Notes under the pieces: model-generated
The model's input: only the letters and a program-made list of their open reading frames with translations
The model's database searches: none
What the model was told of the DNA's origin: nothing
Assembly: GCF_022539665.2 (NCBI RefSeq)
Contig: NC_081331.1
Span: 5,890,001 to 5,954,000, forward strand
Reading direction: 5' to 3'
DNA: 64,000 nt
From: Daphnia carinata
Lineage: Eukaryota
Shown: one piece after another, positions 1-15,665 of the stretch
Layout: every line of letters begins with the position of its first letter
Numbering within the stretch: the stretch's first letter is position 1
Program-made: the position numbers and the translations under genes

Positions 1-2137
1 CCGATCTCAGCCTTCTTTTTATTTTTGTTTTGTTTTTAATGTGGGAAGAAGAGATCAGAAACGAGTCGGGAGCCGAAATGAAGAAGCTAAACAACAGAAG
101 AAAAAAGCTGATGCATCCATTTCACGACTGGTTTCTCTCTCTCTTTCTCCTTTGGCCGTTGAGAATCTCTGGCATGATTGTTGGCAGCTCCAATCAGGAC
201 ATCCATCACGCAAGCTTGGGGGTCTTGTTTGTCTCTTCCATCTCGTCCGAAAATCACTTTATTGATCCATTACAAAACTATATGACCAAACAATATATAT
301 ATTCGACTGGCCCCGGTTCCCTTCCCCCCCCCCGCCCTTGTTTTCCCTCTTCACGATCACGTACAGCGTTCAAAAGCGGTCGGGAAAAAAAAATGGGTGT
401 TTTTTTTTTGTTCATTTCCAGGTCACTGTTTGGGGTTTTTGAGTTGAATCCAATATGAGCCCCTGCGGTACTGTGGTTGGACTTGTACAACAGCTGCCGG
501 TCTGGGGCGTGTTTTTTAAAAAAAATATTATTATTAAGAACGGGCGTTAAAATTTGTGTTGTTTTCCCTTTTTATTTATTTATTTATTTATTTTTTTGAA
601 ATTTGAAATTGAGGGGGGAAAGAAAATGAGAATTTTTTCTTGGATGGTCTAACGGTTTCTAGTGGCCACGCTAAAGAGCGGATTGAGTTTCTCCTGTTCA
701 AATGGAAAAGAGCTATTTATTAATTAATTTCTTTTTTTTTTTTTTTTTTTTTTTTTTTGTTGGTCATCCACTAGTGAATGGGGCGTTCTGATACAATAGC
801 GTCGTAAGGTTAAGAATTTTCAATTTGGATTCGGGTCATCTTTTTTTTTTTTTTGAAAGAGATGCAGGTGTTTTCATTGTCATCGATTCCTTCCTGTCCC
901 CCTCCATCCGGCAAACCGTTGCCGATTATTATCGTGTTTTGGTATGTCGCCTTGGACATCGTTTCGCGTTGTTGTTCGGTACAACAAACCGTCACCTACT
1001 TATCTTTTCGTGGTCCGGACTGGAATGTTGTTGACATTCACCAACTGTTATTGTCTTTTTTTTCGCTGAAAGGAATTTGTTTTGGTTCGTGGGATCGTCC
1101 TTGAGCAAAGTAAAGCCTTAAATAGGCAGAGCGTGGCAATCCTGTAGGCATACGAACTTTTCTTTTTTTTTTTTTACATCACGATGCTGCAGGTAAACAG
1201 AGTCGAGGCGCCATCTATTCAAATGAGAGGGACGTTTGAGCACGGAGGGAAAAGAAAAGAACTTTCAATAGGCGGACGATCCGACTCCTGTCCATGTAAG
1301 GACTGAATTAGACAAAAAAAAAAAAAAAATGCAAAAGAGGAAAAAAGAAAAATAATAAATTTGAATCTCTCTATTCGATTATTTTTTCTTCTACCTACCA
1401 TCGTGACTCATCTGCATGTCAAATTTAAACCAGCGTTTACCATATAGCCCCCCGCATCAAGCATTTTTCTTTAATACTCTTTTTTGGGAGGGAGGGAGGG
1501 GGGAGGATCGAGGCATTTGGGGTCGTAGGGTATTTGTCAAATAGAGAGGCAGAAAACAATCTTGTGCTGAAAGGCAGGGGGGGGGGCAATGAAATGGCGG
1601 ATTTTTTTTTTTTTTTTTTAATGAATTCCATGTAGGCCAAAAAGAGTCGGAAAGGCCATTAGACCATCAAGTTTGACAGTGACAAATTTCGTCCCAAGTA
1701 AAAAGAGAGAGAAAGCCCTCACTTCAATGAGGTCTGCTGCAAAATTGTACTTCTCCCTTTTTAAACAACGAACTGAAATTCCTTAGTGATCCTAATGTCT
1801 GATTCTAAGGGGATTTTTTTGTTTTTCAATTATAGATATACAAAAGTATTTGTATTTTTTTTGTTTTTTCTTGTCCAGACGGCGGTAGCTCTACGGTTGA
1901 GGGAAGCTCACGCGTCAGCGCACACAACTTGTTAATGACATCGACGTTCCCTCACGATCTTTGATGATACAACTCTCCAATAAAAAAATAAAAAAATAAA
2001 ATATCCAACAATTTTGTGACATTTACGGCCGCGCTGCCCTCGTCCGCTCGTTTTTACTGCATATTGAGAGAGAGAAAATAGAGAAGGAACAAGGTTAGCC
2101 CAATGCTTTTTATGCATCCTCTTGCCGTGCCCTATAT

Positions 2138-2180
<43 letters not shown>

Positions 2181-5100
2181 AATATAGCCCATCTTGTCCT
2201 GTTGTTGTGGAGCTTCATGACTGGACAACTGGCGCTGGATTTTTGATAAGTCACGCTTCCGTCCATTTTCGAATTTTTTTTTTTCTTTTTTCCAAAGGCC
2301 GTTTAAAAAACACGTAGGAATTCTACTGTGCATAAGCATCTGAATTTTTTTTTTTTTTAAAGCGTAATCCGATGCATAAAAAAAAAAAAGTCCCGCGTGA
2401 ATCATTTTATATTTCTGAGCTGTGAGGTTCTTTTTTTTTTTTTTTTTTTTTTTTTTGGGGTCATCGTGATGGATGGCGTCTACGGCCTTTAGCGTCTGGA
2501 TATGAAATACGTTTCGTTTAAGGGGTTAGGCCGTCACGGCCAAGCCGGCTGGAATTTCTCATTGTGTGGCTCCAATCGCTTGATTGATTCAACTGTGAAT
2601 GGGTCGCCAAGGTTATATATATATATTTTTAAATAATAAAAAATATATATATGTGTATATCCGGATCGAACCCGTTTCTGCTCGATACTTGATCCCCAAT
2701 CGCAAGAGAATTTGAACGTCTTCATCTTCTTTAAAAAAAAAAAACAAATCAAGAATCTTTTAGTTATTTTTTTTTTTTTTTTTCCTGGTAGGATGCAAAG
2801 GGGGGGGGGGGGCAATGGGGAAAAAATGTCGATGCCCTTCTTTCTCTCTCTCTTTTTTTTTTTTGACCCTTACAAATGGCTGGGCAGACGGCCATTATGG
2901 CCAGAGATGAGGAACAACTTGACCTGTTTAATGGTTTTTTTTTCTAAAAAGGTTCCCTTTTTTTTTTTGTTTCAGTTATTTCTCTTTTCTTATGGGTGGC
3001 TAATGGATCGTGCGGGACTGAGCTGTTGTAGTGCAACAAACCACTTTGCCCTTTTTTTTGTTTTTTTTTTTGTTTTTCTTCTCCAGTTAGAAGGGAAAGG
3101 AAGTAAAAGAGGCGGGGTAAAGGATTGTGGAAAACAAAAACAAAAAAAAACACAACAAAAAGTGTTTGGTTGATTACACCAATACCCAAGGTGCACGCAA
3201 TCGAGGACGTGAGACGCCCTAAAGTCTTTTATTTTTTTTATAATACAAACGTTTTTTTTTTTTTTTGACAACATTTTGTAATGGCTTGATTTATACAGTC
3301 GCACGCGGCTGTGTATAGAAGCAGGTGAGAGTTACAAAGGTCAAATAAAACTATTTTCTACCAAAAAGAAAAAAAAAAATAATAAAGCTGCTACTATATA
3401 TAATGCACACACAGCAAGTGTGTGTGTGTGTGTGTGTGTGTATAAACAGTTTATAGAGGAAGAAGGGGGAGGGGAACTCTTTTGTTATGTGTGTTTTCGT
3501 TGCAGAAGGCAAAGTTGATGGGAGGGAAAAGAAGAGGCGTCGGGACGATATAACTATTTGGATGAAACAAATGGACTCGGCGTTTGAGTTTGCCCTGTTG
3601 TGTGTACATTTTAGACACACGCAAGGGAGGCCGCTCCATTGGCTTTGTTTCTTAAAAAATAAAAAAAAAATGTTCTGACTTTTTCGGGAGTTTCTCCAGA
3701 CACACAAACATATCAGCTCCTCTTTGACTATATAGCCTACACCACTTTGCAAGTTTCGTTTTCTTCTTTCTTTTCCCTCCTTTTTTTTTTTTTTTCCTCT
3801 GAAGAGATTCTATACCCGATGGGCCTTACGCTGTAAGAGGGCCGTAAATACCGACAGAGTTGATGTAAAATAGCCGAGCTCTTTGTCTCCATAAATGTGT
3901 AGATGTCACCAGTGAAACAGAAAAACAAATAAAAATGGAAGGCCTCTTTTTTTCTTCTTCTTCTTCTTCTTCTTCTTTTTTTGTGTTGTCACTTTCTCAG
4001 TTTTTGAGGCCATAAGGGCTAAGGCCCGTTTTTTTTCGATCATTTTTTTTTTTTGCTTTCTTCAGTGATATCGATCATTTCTTTTTTTTTTTGTTTTTTT
4101 TTCTCGTGTTACGTTGTGTCTTGCTTATTCCTTTGATGTTGTTTCTCTTCATTCTGATTGGCATCTTGACTCGTCCGTAAACGTAACATTCGTAAATCCG
4201 GATGAGTTTTTACTCGTTTCTTTTTTTATTTGTTTCGAAAACAAACAAACAAACAAAAAAAAAGACCATAACCGATAAGGCCGTCCGCTCTGTAATAGGT
4301 CTTTCTTATTGTTATCGTTACAACAGGCACGTCCGCGTCTTGTAGCGCACGCGGGATTGAAAGGGGGGGGGGGGTGCAAAGCTGAAGGGCAAAACGATAT
4401 AATAAACATCTAAAACAAAAAAAAAAAAGGGGGCGAAACATCGTTTTCGATAGGTCATTTTCAATGTCTGTGTGTGTAGTGCCGCATTGGCGCAGTTGTC
4501 GGCTTCGATTGGACGCCCATCCGATATTTCCGGCCCAAAGTTTTTTTTTTTTTTTTTTTTTTTTCATGTATGCCAACTTTCTATAGAAGCAAAAGTGTAC
4601 GATGGTTCCTTATAACTGAAGGAAAAAAAAAAAATCCGCGGTCTCGATTCTTTTTATTTATTTATTTTTTTTCACGTTTTCCTGATGTGGGGGGGGGGGG
4701 GGATGCGTTCACGCCGGATGCTGGCCACTACACAGTTGGAGAAAAAAAGAAAAAAAGAAAGACTTTCCATCTATCAAACCGTCGACAGACGAACGGTGCG
4801 TTTCTTAGGAAGATTTCCATCCGGATGGAAAATGTTTCCATGAAAACAAAAAAGAAAAAAGAAAACGTGCATAAATGGAGACTATAGAAAAGATGATGGA
4901 GTTGATGCACCCGATGATCTTTGCTTATTCCCATCTGTATACAAATATCCAAGCGTTTTTTTTTTTTTATTATTACGCAAGAAAGGATAAGAAAGAAAAA
5001 AAGTGGCACCGATTCGTTTCCCTTTTTTTTTTCTTTTTCTAAAACGAAATCAAACGCGAAATGTTTTTTTTTTTCTTTTCCTTATAACATTCCACCATTT

Positions 5101-6874
5101 CCCCCTTATTTTATTTTTATTTTTTTTTCTACTCTCTAAAATAAAATGATATTAACGCACTTTTACTTTTATTCAAATAGAAAAAAATTCTTGGGACATT
5201 TCTGGCCAGCCAATCACATCAATCAGCAGAAGCAACCGAGAGAATTGGTACTTCCAAACAAGGTATGTGACCCTACTCTAATCTTAATCATCGGAGAAAA
5301 AGACTTTCGTTTTTAAAGACCTTTTTCGGGGCTTTAATATCTGCCGGTTTCCCTACACACACACACGAAATACAAGAAATTGAATGGGTTCGGATCATGG
5401 GATGATACAAGGAATGTTTAAAGAAGACGCTATATGGGCCCTTAACGATCTATGATTGAGATACGGGCCAACAAGAAAAATAAGAAAGGAAAAAAAAAAT
5501 AAATAAAGGGGCGAAACTCGGATGGTTTAGTAGACACCAGTCACCTTTTTGCCGCTTATCCCATTCGAACTAAGAAAATGGGGGGGGGGGGGAGAAGAAA
5601 AAAAAACGAAAAAACATTGAGATTTATAGACAGTCGTATCTCCTGTTTGTGGCTCTGCCTCTCTTCTTCTATAGAAACAGGCCGTGGACGGTGAGAAGCT
5701 GCGTGTGTGCGAACGTGATTACATAGAGACGGGTCGTATAATTTCCCCCCCACCCTTTTTTTTTTTTTTTTTTTCCTCACCCATAAAACTAGACGCGTGT
5801 CTGCGTGTTACAGGCCGCGTCGCTTTGTTCGCAAAAAATTCCGAATATGGGCCACTAAAAAGAATTTTTTTTTTTTTTTTTTTAACCTACGCACAAGGAA
5901 ATAAGAAAAGGTTTTGTTTTTTTTCCTCTTATAACTCACAAGTTTCTTCCTTTTATAAATATATATATATATATATTGTTTTTTTCAAGGTACTTTTCTT
6001 GTTTTAAATAGCTCAGGTATTTCTCCCAGGTAGCTCAGCTGATCGGTATTGACGATATTTTCAAAAGACACTGGGATGCTCTGTTTTCTTTTCGAATATC
6101 TTTCTTAGAAATCATTGAAGAAAACTGCCGGCACACACACACACACACACACAAAAAAATGTTGTATAAAAATTAAAATGAGATTCGAAATTCACTTTGG
6201 GGACGTTTCCCCCCCCCCCCCCCCCTTTTTTTGTGATGTTTTTGTTTTTTTTGTTTGTATCGTTGAAGAGGGAAACGAACAAACGTAAAAAGAGAGATGG
6301 CGTAATCAGTTGTGTTGTTGTTTTTTAAAACCAAAAATGTCGACCATTTTTTAACAAATTCAAATTCAGTTTGCGTCTTGCCACATGTTCTTTTGTTTCT
6401 CTGTGAGAACGAAAAATGCGCCGTCAAAGGGGAGAAAAAAAAAACAAAAGGAACAAACAATAAAAAGAAAAAAAAAAAAACTCGAATGTCGAGTGTTTTC
6501 TTTTTTTTTTATCTCGTTTGTTTGTTTGTTTGTTTGCCTTGTCAATTTGTGATGGCCACTTCTTTTTTTTTTCTGAAACAATTGAAATTTCAACCCCCTC
6601 AAAAAAAAAAAGAAGAAAGACTTGCAATCACGCGTGACACGCACACACACACGCTTTTGTTAAGTACGGATGTTCTTCGAGGGGGGGGGGGAGAACCCCC
6701 CGTCATAATTAACTGGCGCATCAGGAGTCCCCTCTTTCTCTTTAAAGACATTTATGTCATTAGACATGTCAGTCGTTCTTTTTTTTTTTTTAAGATAAAA
6801 AAAAGGAAGTGGAGCTCATTAAAACGAATGCATAAAGTACCACTCTTGACAATCGTCCGTGTGCTCCACAGTTT

Positions 6875-6909
<35 letters not shown>

Positions 6910-7425
6910 GATCTCTCGTCTTTGTGTTAATATAAAGCATCTGCACGAAAGCCCATCTTTGATTATGCTGGACATATTTGTCTCCCTGTTTTTTTTGTTT
7001 TTTTTTAATTTTTTTGTTCTTGAACCCGCTGTCAGTTGAACTCTGGGAGTTGTGTCCAACCCTTTTTTTATTTTTTTTTTTATTTTTGAAAGGAAAAAAC
7101 GAGTGCCACACTAGCAGCTTACATGATGGATGGTGTACAATTGCATTTAGTATTATGTGTATCGCCCGTTCTAGACTATAAAGAGAAGAACAGACCGTGT
7201 ATAGAAGTGGTGCCCCGACTTGGACCGTCGGGGCTTATCATTATGAACAGATCCGGAATGGGATTTCGAATGGCTGCGCTCCGTCGATCCGTTTCTCTGC
7301 GTGAAACGAAGCCTTCACCGGATTAAATATTTGGGCCTGGCTGGATTCACAAGTGGATAGAAAGGGTAGGGGGGGGGGGATGAATAAAAGGGAAAAAAAA
7401 AGAAGGGGGGATGGGACAGACAGAG

Positions 7426-7464
<39 letters not shown>

Positions 7465-8668
7465 GATGATGCTGGGCGACTCGTGCATACACAAGAAGCT
7501 CGTTAAATGCCCCAAGTATATTTAGAGAGAGAGGGAGGGAGGGAGACCTTCGTAACGTCGTCGTCGTCGTCGTCGTCCTTCTACAGGACGTCTAACAGTT
7601 GATATATGGCCCGGTAGGGACGCGCTTCTAAAGTTTCAAAAGCTTCTGCATGGTAGGACGATAGAGGAGAGATGCTTTCTCTCCCTGTCTGTTCGTCATT
7701 GAAACTTGTCAGTCGCTTCACTCGTATTGTACCTCGCCTTTCAAAAAAAAAAAAACAAAGACCTGCGATCGAGATCAACCCCATTTCTATCATTAACTCG
7801 ATTTCATCCCTCGTTGTTTTTTTGTTTTTGTTTTTTTTAAATCGTTAAGATTATTGGCGTAAATAATAGAAACGAATGGAATTAAATTCAAATCATCTAT
7901 TTTCTTTTTGACACCATCATAAGTTTGGATCCCATTTTTCATCGTCCTACAAACAAAATAAAGAAGAAAAAAAAAAAAGAAAAAAGAGTTGGAATGATAT
8001 TGACTTGAAGCTATCGAACGAAAAGTGCGTCTCATTTGTTATCGCACTGGGCGGGCAGGCGGCAGTAAAAATTGCCGGACATTGTTGAGAATCGATCACT
8101 ATCGAGTGTGCGCGTCCGAATGCCCACTCGAATATAAATGGATGTATAGACACACACACACACACACACACTACGATATTAAAAGAGATTGGATGTTTTG
8201 TTTGCTTTTTTTTTTTTCTCGTGTACTGGGCCGTTTGATTTGCCCGCCATCCTGACCATTTCTTATTGTTGCACATGGATAGATATACAGTGGCGTAATC
8301 TAATGTGGACCGATGTTTATTGGAAACGGCGTACACACACGCGCGCGCACGCACACCGTTTAGATCGGAAGTGGGAAAAAGAATTGATAGACTTCCGTTT
8401 ACACTTTGGTAGACATCTCTTGACCTCTTGGGCGTTATTGGATCAGCCACGTCCATTGTAATTTTCCATCTCCTTTCTTATTTGTGTAAAGGCGGGGGGT
8501 GGGGGGGGGGGGAAGGAGGAGGTGATGGATCATTTTTGCCGGGGAATTCGAGTGCCTACTATTAGATGAAATTGGGAGTGTTGCCACAAGAGAGAAAGAG
8601 AGAGAGAGGGAAAAGAGGAAATGAAAATGTTGATGGCCTCTTTCATCGAGTCGAAAGTCAAGTTTAAA

Positions 8669-8704
<36 letters not shown>

Positions 8705-10760
8705 AAATCGTAGAGTTTTGATGAATCCAATCAAGTCGCACACGTAGCAAATGGATTTCAACTGGAAAGCCGCAGCAGGTCCATCACGAAAACTTGAGCT
8801 GTTTATTCGCGCCCGCCAAACTTTTAGCGACCCGGGCCTCTCAAAACCGCTCCTCCTTAGAAAGTAATCCAATTTTCATCCATTTTAATCTCTTTCTGGC
8901 CACTTTGATTAGTCAGCTTTTGGCCGCTCACACGCAGAAATGAGAAATAAGGCCGGGTCAGACAATGCGAAAACTTTTTCAATGGCTCTGAAATCTGAAG
9001 TGATCTTTTCCTCCCTTTCCTCTCTCATTGTGCGTTGCTGCGCGCGCGAGAGTCCGCATTCATTTGAAAATAGGAGAACGTCCCCTACATCCAAGGAAAT
9101 GCGGAGATCCCACTGCGTGGCTTTTTTTTTTTTTTTTTAACTTTTTGTGAGGACAAAAATTAAAAAAAAAAAATAATAATCTTTGATATGCTTAGCTCAG
9201 TCATTGGATTTTTTTTTTCTTTTATATTTTTGTTCATCATCTTTCCCCACCTTTTTTTTTTTTTTTTTCTTACTTTTATTATTATTATTAATTGAAAAGA
9301 GAGTAGCGCAGAAGAGATGCTGGAACACACGATTTTCATTCGGCATTCCTGGGAGACGAAACGTATAGATGCGTACCAACACGGATACATTCTTTAACCA
9401 ATTTTTTTTTTTTTTTTCTTTTTCTTGTTTCATTTTTTTTTGGCTTGGTTCGTTCCGTCGCAAGACGATGATGGCAACATGGCGTTGCCATGGCGACCGA
9501 TACATAATAGTCATCGATCTGTGCGATTGATACGTGTAAGGGGGGGGTGGGGGTGGGGGAGGGAGATGAAGACGAGGCGCGTAGTTGTGCCTCAAGTTGC
9601 GCTTCATCTCCTATCGGAATTCACCCCCTAGTGAAAAATGTTTGCATCCCTACACGGTTTGGGCCATCTTTTTTAAGCCAGCATCACACGAGTTGACGTA
9701 AACCAAGTTAAACAGTTTTTGCTTTCATCTAGTTTTGTTGTTGTTGTTGTTGTTGTTGTACTCGATGAATGTGATAATGGATGTCGGTGCAAGAAGGCAA
9801 AAAAAAAACATTGATGGTAAAATGCTACTAGTTGTAAAAGAAAACAAACAAACAAAAAAAAAAAAAAAAATGGAAACAGCAGGAGAGAGTGAGCCGGAGC
9901 AGCACGGTTTTCTCATCAGGAAAGACAACGACCCGCAGGATAGGAACAAACCGATAAGCGGACGCGGGAGTGTAACAGGAACAAGGGAGGGGGGGGGGAG
10001 GGAGAGAGAGAGAAAGGAAGAAGAAGGAAATCATCGTTCAGGGAGAATGGAAGTCTTGATATCCTCCGAGACCCCTCTCAGATAATACTCTTTTCCTATC
10101 TCTCGATATATATATATATTTATATATATATTTTTTTTTCCCCCCTTCTTTGTTATATCAAAATGTAATGCCTCGATACCGACGCTCTTTTGCGAAGACC
10201 ATGAAAAAAACAAACAAAAAAAAAAACATCCCGTTTCTCTTCTCTTCTTCGACAATTTTTGTTGTTGGCCCTGTTCGGCGTTGTTTCGTGACTCTGTAAC
10301 ATGGACAAGGTCTATAAGCTGGCGGGCTGTCTTGTATGTCTCCATACAATAGGAGACAAAGGACGGGGAGGGGAGGGGGGGAGGGGGACAAGGCTATTAT
10401 GTTTCGACTTTTCTTGACCGGATATGTGTTATCGGATTTTTGAATGATTTCACGATCTCCTCTTTCATTCCCCGCATTAAATATGGCAATAGGAGTTTAA
10501 TTGCGCAACGTCAGGGGGGGGGGGGAATTGATTTATGGGCGGTGATTCTGATAAATGGCGCGAAAGTTTGCCATTTTCAAAACGACCTGCTGAAACAGAT
10601 TCGCAATGGGGTAAGCACACGTCCGCTATGCTGGCGCTACAAACATCATTAGCAAACTAGGTAATTTAGTATGATGTATTCGCTCGTAAGAGGACGGGCC
10701 GTCGCGAAGTATCACCATGGCAACGGTGGCCATCTCTTTCTTTCTACCCTTACGTCTTAT

Positions 10761-10797
<37 letters not shown>

Positions 10798-11775
10798 TTA
10801 TTTTTTTTTTTTTATGCAACAAGAGTTATTGTTATGACGCGTATACACGTCTCGGTCCTCGTTAGCCGCCTCTTATTTCCATTACGATCACACGGCCCCT
10901 CTCTCTCTCTCTCGCGCAAAACACGGACTGGCTAATGATTATAACCATCGTTATAAAACGTGAACGGGATGAGTTTAACAAGAACGTAAGAACAAGAGAG
11001 AAATCATGTACAGGGGGGAGGGAGAGCAATGCATTTATGACTACTCTCTGTGCGCTTTACGATTCGAACCGTTTCAATGAATGGACCAAAGTGGGCTCCG
11101 CCATCATTTCATCGTGTCGGATTTGTTTTTTTGTTTTTTGTTTTTGTTTATTTCGTGCTGACGAAGGATGTTGGCAGTTTCCAATTACTTGGGCCCACTA
11201 GAACTACAAGGCAAAAAAAAAAAAAAAAGAAAAGGATTCGAGAACGATGCAAAAAGAAAGATGGAAATAAAAAAAAATAAAATAAAATAAAGGAAGAAGG
11301 AGAGTTGCTTTCATGATGCTTTCAACCACTTGAATCTCGTTAGATTAACTCTCTTGTTTTTATTTTATTTTATTTTTTATTTTTATTTTTTTTTTGTAAC
11401 GTGAAGACGGACCGGGAGGGAAAGTCCGGGAATGGTAGGGGGAGAAGGGAGGGGGGGGGGAGATGGTTACAACAAAGACACATTACACGTTATACAAGAA
11501 AAGGGGGGGGGGAGAGAACTGGGTCTGTTACACAGGAGAAACTCTGGCTGTCTCCTTCTTTTGGAGATGGAGGAGAGAGGGAGGAGTTTCAATTTTTCGG
11601 GGAGAGGAAAAATGGGGGTGGGGGGAAGGCTTGTTGACTTCCAGCCGAAGAAGCTTTCATCATCCGCAGTCGAGTTGAATTACCATCGTGACCCACCCTC
11701 CTCTTATTTTTCTTCGAACGAATAAAATTTGCTCTCCAATTTTTTTTTTTTTCCTTTTTGCGTAACATTAGAAGC

Positions 11776-11817
<42 letters not shown>

Positions 11818-14621
11818 GGGGCTTTTGCATCATTACCTTAAATCGGAGATCCATTGTTGACTCTCCTTTCTCTACTGCTTTCCGTTTGTGTGTGTGTGAT
11901 GGGATTGTTTGAAAATTTAGAACTCTGATAAAGGAGGGGGGGGGGGGGAGAAAGATGGAATTGAATCAGAAAATCCATCAAGGGGAATAGATTCGGTCAC
12001 TGACGAACCAGTTTTCTTCACCCAACAAGCCGCGCTCCTCCTACTCCTCCTCCTCCCTTTTTTTTTTTCTTCTTTTGTTTGGGGGGGGAGGGGGGAGAGG
12101 GAGATGCACGTCGCCGACATTTTGTTTCGAGAAAATGAAGAAGCAGAAAAATAAAATTAAAAAAAAAAAAAAAAAAAAAAGAGATCGGGCGCCGATTCAA
12201 TTTCAGCGTCTTTCTCTTCGGGACACGGAGAGACGTCCCGATCTTTGCACGACATCCGCTAGGGGAGAGGCGGGGGAGGGGGGAGGATCACTTCCCCCCT
12301 CCGCCCCCAAAAGCCTTCCCCCCCCCCCACTCCCGTGGAACCGATTTCCGTTTGCGACTTTTTGAAGAGAAAAAAAAAAAAGAAACGTTTGAGGGAAAAA
12401 AGAAGGAAGAGCCTCGGTTTGTTATTATCATCTTCTCAAATGTTAGCGTATCTTTCTACTTGGACCGTGTGTGTGTGTGTGTGTGTGTGTGTCTTCCGTG
12501 AATCGGCAATCAATGTGGACTTGTGTGTTTATATTTGACGGGTAGGGAATGGGAGGGGTGTGTGTGTATGTGTGTGTGTGTTGGTGGCTGTACTATCCCG
12601 CACTCAGCGCTCGTTTTGCGCCCAGCGAAAACGGCGAGGTACACCCAAGAGCCGCAATTGTTGTTTACACTGTTTGACTGCTCCGCTGAAGGCCCGGTCT
12701 TCCGCCAGTCAAAAAGGGAAAACGAATGGCGAATGATGAAGAGAAGAGTTGATTAGGTTTGCGGCCCTAGCGACATGGTCATATGAAAAAGAAAGAGGCC
12801 TCCTCCCCCCCCCCCCCCCCCCCCTTTTTTTTTTTTTAAATCTAACCGACATTCCATTATTATCTTCTTCTTTTGTTCAATATTCTTCAGATCGAACGAG
12901 AAAGAAAAGAAATAATTACCTTTTCGTTCTTTTTTTTTTTTTTTTTTCATTTCGCCGTTTGTTTGTTGAGATTCTTTGCCTGTCTCTCTCTCTCTTTGCT
13001 ATGCACCGATGCCTATTGAAGGACGCACTCGCGGATGTTACTCGAGAACTACAGGGCGAGCGCTCTATATTGCTTAGATGAAGTAGCGGAGCTGTATCAA
13101 GGAAAAAAAAAAAAACAAAAAAACAAACAAAAAAAAAAGGAACACTCTCTTTCTTATATATATATATATATATAATTTTTTTTTGTGTGTGTTTTAGAAG
13201 GCAGTCAGAACGCTGTGCTTCAAGGTATTCTGACGTTAATAATCGTATAACACACGGGGATACATTTGAAGTCTCCAAGTTTATTAAGTCTGGCCTCAAA
13301 TGTCGTCTATTCGGCTGTGTACACACGCACTTTTCAACCAGTCCCATTTTTCTCTTTTCATATTGTAGTTATACACACACTTCTTTTCTTTTTTTTTCTT
13401 TTTTCTTTTTTATTATTATTATTTGGGCCGGACAAACAAAAATCCGGCAGGGCGCGCCAATCGAAGTCAGACCGCCGTCGCCGCCCTTATTTTCCTCCTC
13501 GACGCTTCAATCACGCTCCAGGAAATAACAAAAAAAAAAAAAAAAAAAAAAAGAAAGGGATACGTCTATAAGTGATTCTTTTTCGTTTCCTGTTTGAAAA
13601 GAAAGAAAAAAAAAAAAAAAAAAAAGGAAGGAAGGAAGGAAGGAAGGAAGGAAAATAACTCGAGATCAAAGTTATTGCCTTTTGTGCTGTTGTTTTCTGT
13701 GTCAATGTGTTTGTGTCTCCAATAAAAAAAAAAAAAAAGAAGAAGAAGAAGAGAGACGCAAAGAAGATAAAGCTATAAGCCCGAAGATGTTTTCAAGAGT
13801 GAGGCAGAGAGAGGGGGGGGGGGGGAGGTCTTCTATCTTTTTTTTTTTTTTTTTTTGATGGCGTGGAGGAAAACAAGCCACCCACAACGGGGTGTAAATG
13901 CCCTTTTCTCATTTCTTTTTGTATCAAAGAGACGTTGAGTGTGCACACCTTTCCCCCGAACTACCGTTTTGTTTTTTTTCCTTTTATTTTCGATAGCGTC
14001 ACTATCAAGAAACCCGTTCATTTTTGTTGTTGTTTGTCTGCTCCGTTAAAAAAAAAAAAATAAAAAAAAATAAAAATGCAGGGTGTGTGTGTTTGTGTGT
14101 GTTTGTGTGCCACTGTTGCACGATGCATCGGTAAAGAGTGCGAAGAAGAAAGGCCCGGCCGCTTCTTTTTTTTTTTTTTTTTTTTTTTGGCGCCCTGTCG
14201 TCCTCGCTTCCATTGCCTTTCTCACGCTCCATCTCTCACTGTGTCGATAAAAAAAAAAAAAATACCTTGCGCCGTCTTTTACCCATTTTCAGTTGAAGAG
14301 AATATAGTAGCCTCGGCCCTCCACACCGTTCACCAACTTCTTGTACGAAATTAAAAAAAAAAAAATAAATAAATAAAAGTTTTATGTGTGTTGAGGTATA
14401 CACACACACAAGCGTCATGATCATCGATTTTTTATTTTTCCCCCGCTTTATCTTTTGCTCTTCAAGTTTTTTTTTTTTTTTTTTTTTTTTTTTTGGCTCC
14501 TGACCATTGTTTCCCGATGCGACCCGTTTTTTGCGATCGATGCAAGCTGCTTAAAATAGAATAAAATCAAGAACAGTTGACTGATGGATGAAAACAAACG
14601 GCTGATTTGCTGTCGACGGTT

Positions 14622-14655
<34 letters not shown>

Positions 14656-14752
14656 GCAATCAATTTGTGTGGCCGTTTGTTTCTACCATTATCGAACAGC
14701 CCCAAATTGCCCTGAAATGGATGGAATCAGAAACAAACGAAAGTAAATTGCT

Positions 14753-14790
<38 letters not shown>

Positions 14791-15626
14791 TGTTTGATTG
14801 ATTGATTCGTACACTAGAGCCGCACACGCCCACCCTATTTTCTAACTTGTCAGATGCCCTGTCAATCTAAACCGGAATAGGGGTGGGCTCGCAACCTAAG
14901 CATAAAAAATAATAATAATAAAAAAAAAAAAAAAGAAGAGGGGACGTCAAGAGTGTCAATTGTTTGATCCTCAGGCTTTTACCGGTTTTTTTTTGGTGGG
15001 CTGAACGACGACGTCGCTATTGATTTTTAGGGAGCCATCTGCTTCTTGATGCGTTTGTTCGTGTATCCTAATAACAAGTTGCGTCTTTTTTTTTATTTTT
15101 TTTTTTTTTTCTTTTCTCTTTTGACCTCAAACTGCCTCCTCTCCGTTTACCATCCCGCCTTTCTTCATATGTCTAGTGGCGCGCACACACACGTAATATA
15201 TAAATATATATGTAGAACGTCACCATCGTCTTCCTCTCCCTTCCATCCAACGGAAAATATTTTTTTTTTTTTTTTTTTTTTTTTCTTTCCCTCATGTCCT
15301 TTTGACGTTGGGTGGGGTTCCTCTTGGTCTCTCTCTCCTATTCCGCCGGAAAGTCGGGACTGGCGTGATTGTCAAAACCCTGCAGCGTGTCCCTCTCGAC
15401 ATTTCTCGTCCAGTTGACTGGCTCCTCTCATCTCTTCTGCTCTCCCTCTTGTTGTCTGTCTTGAATACATAGCGAACATTTTTTTTTTTTTTTTTTTTTT
15501 TTTTTTCTTATTTCTATCCGACCGAAAATGTTCTGCGCGCAAGTTCAATCTAATGCGTTTCAGTATTGTGAAAGACAAGAAAGAAGAAGAAAAAAAAAAA
15601 AAAGAGGGCAGTTGGTATTTCCTTTT

Positions 15627-15665
<39 letters not shown>
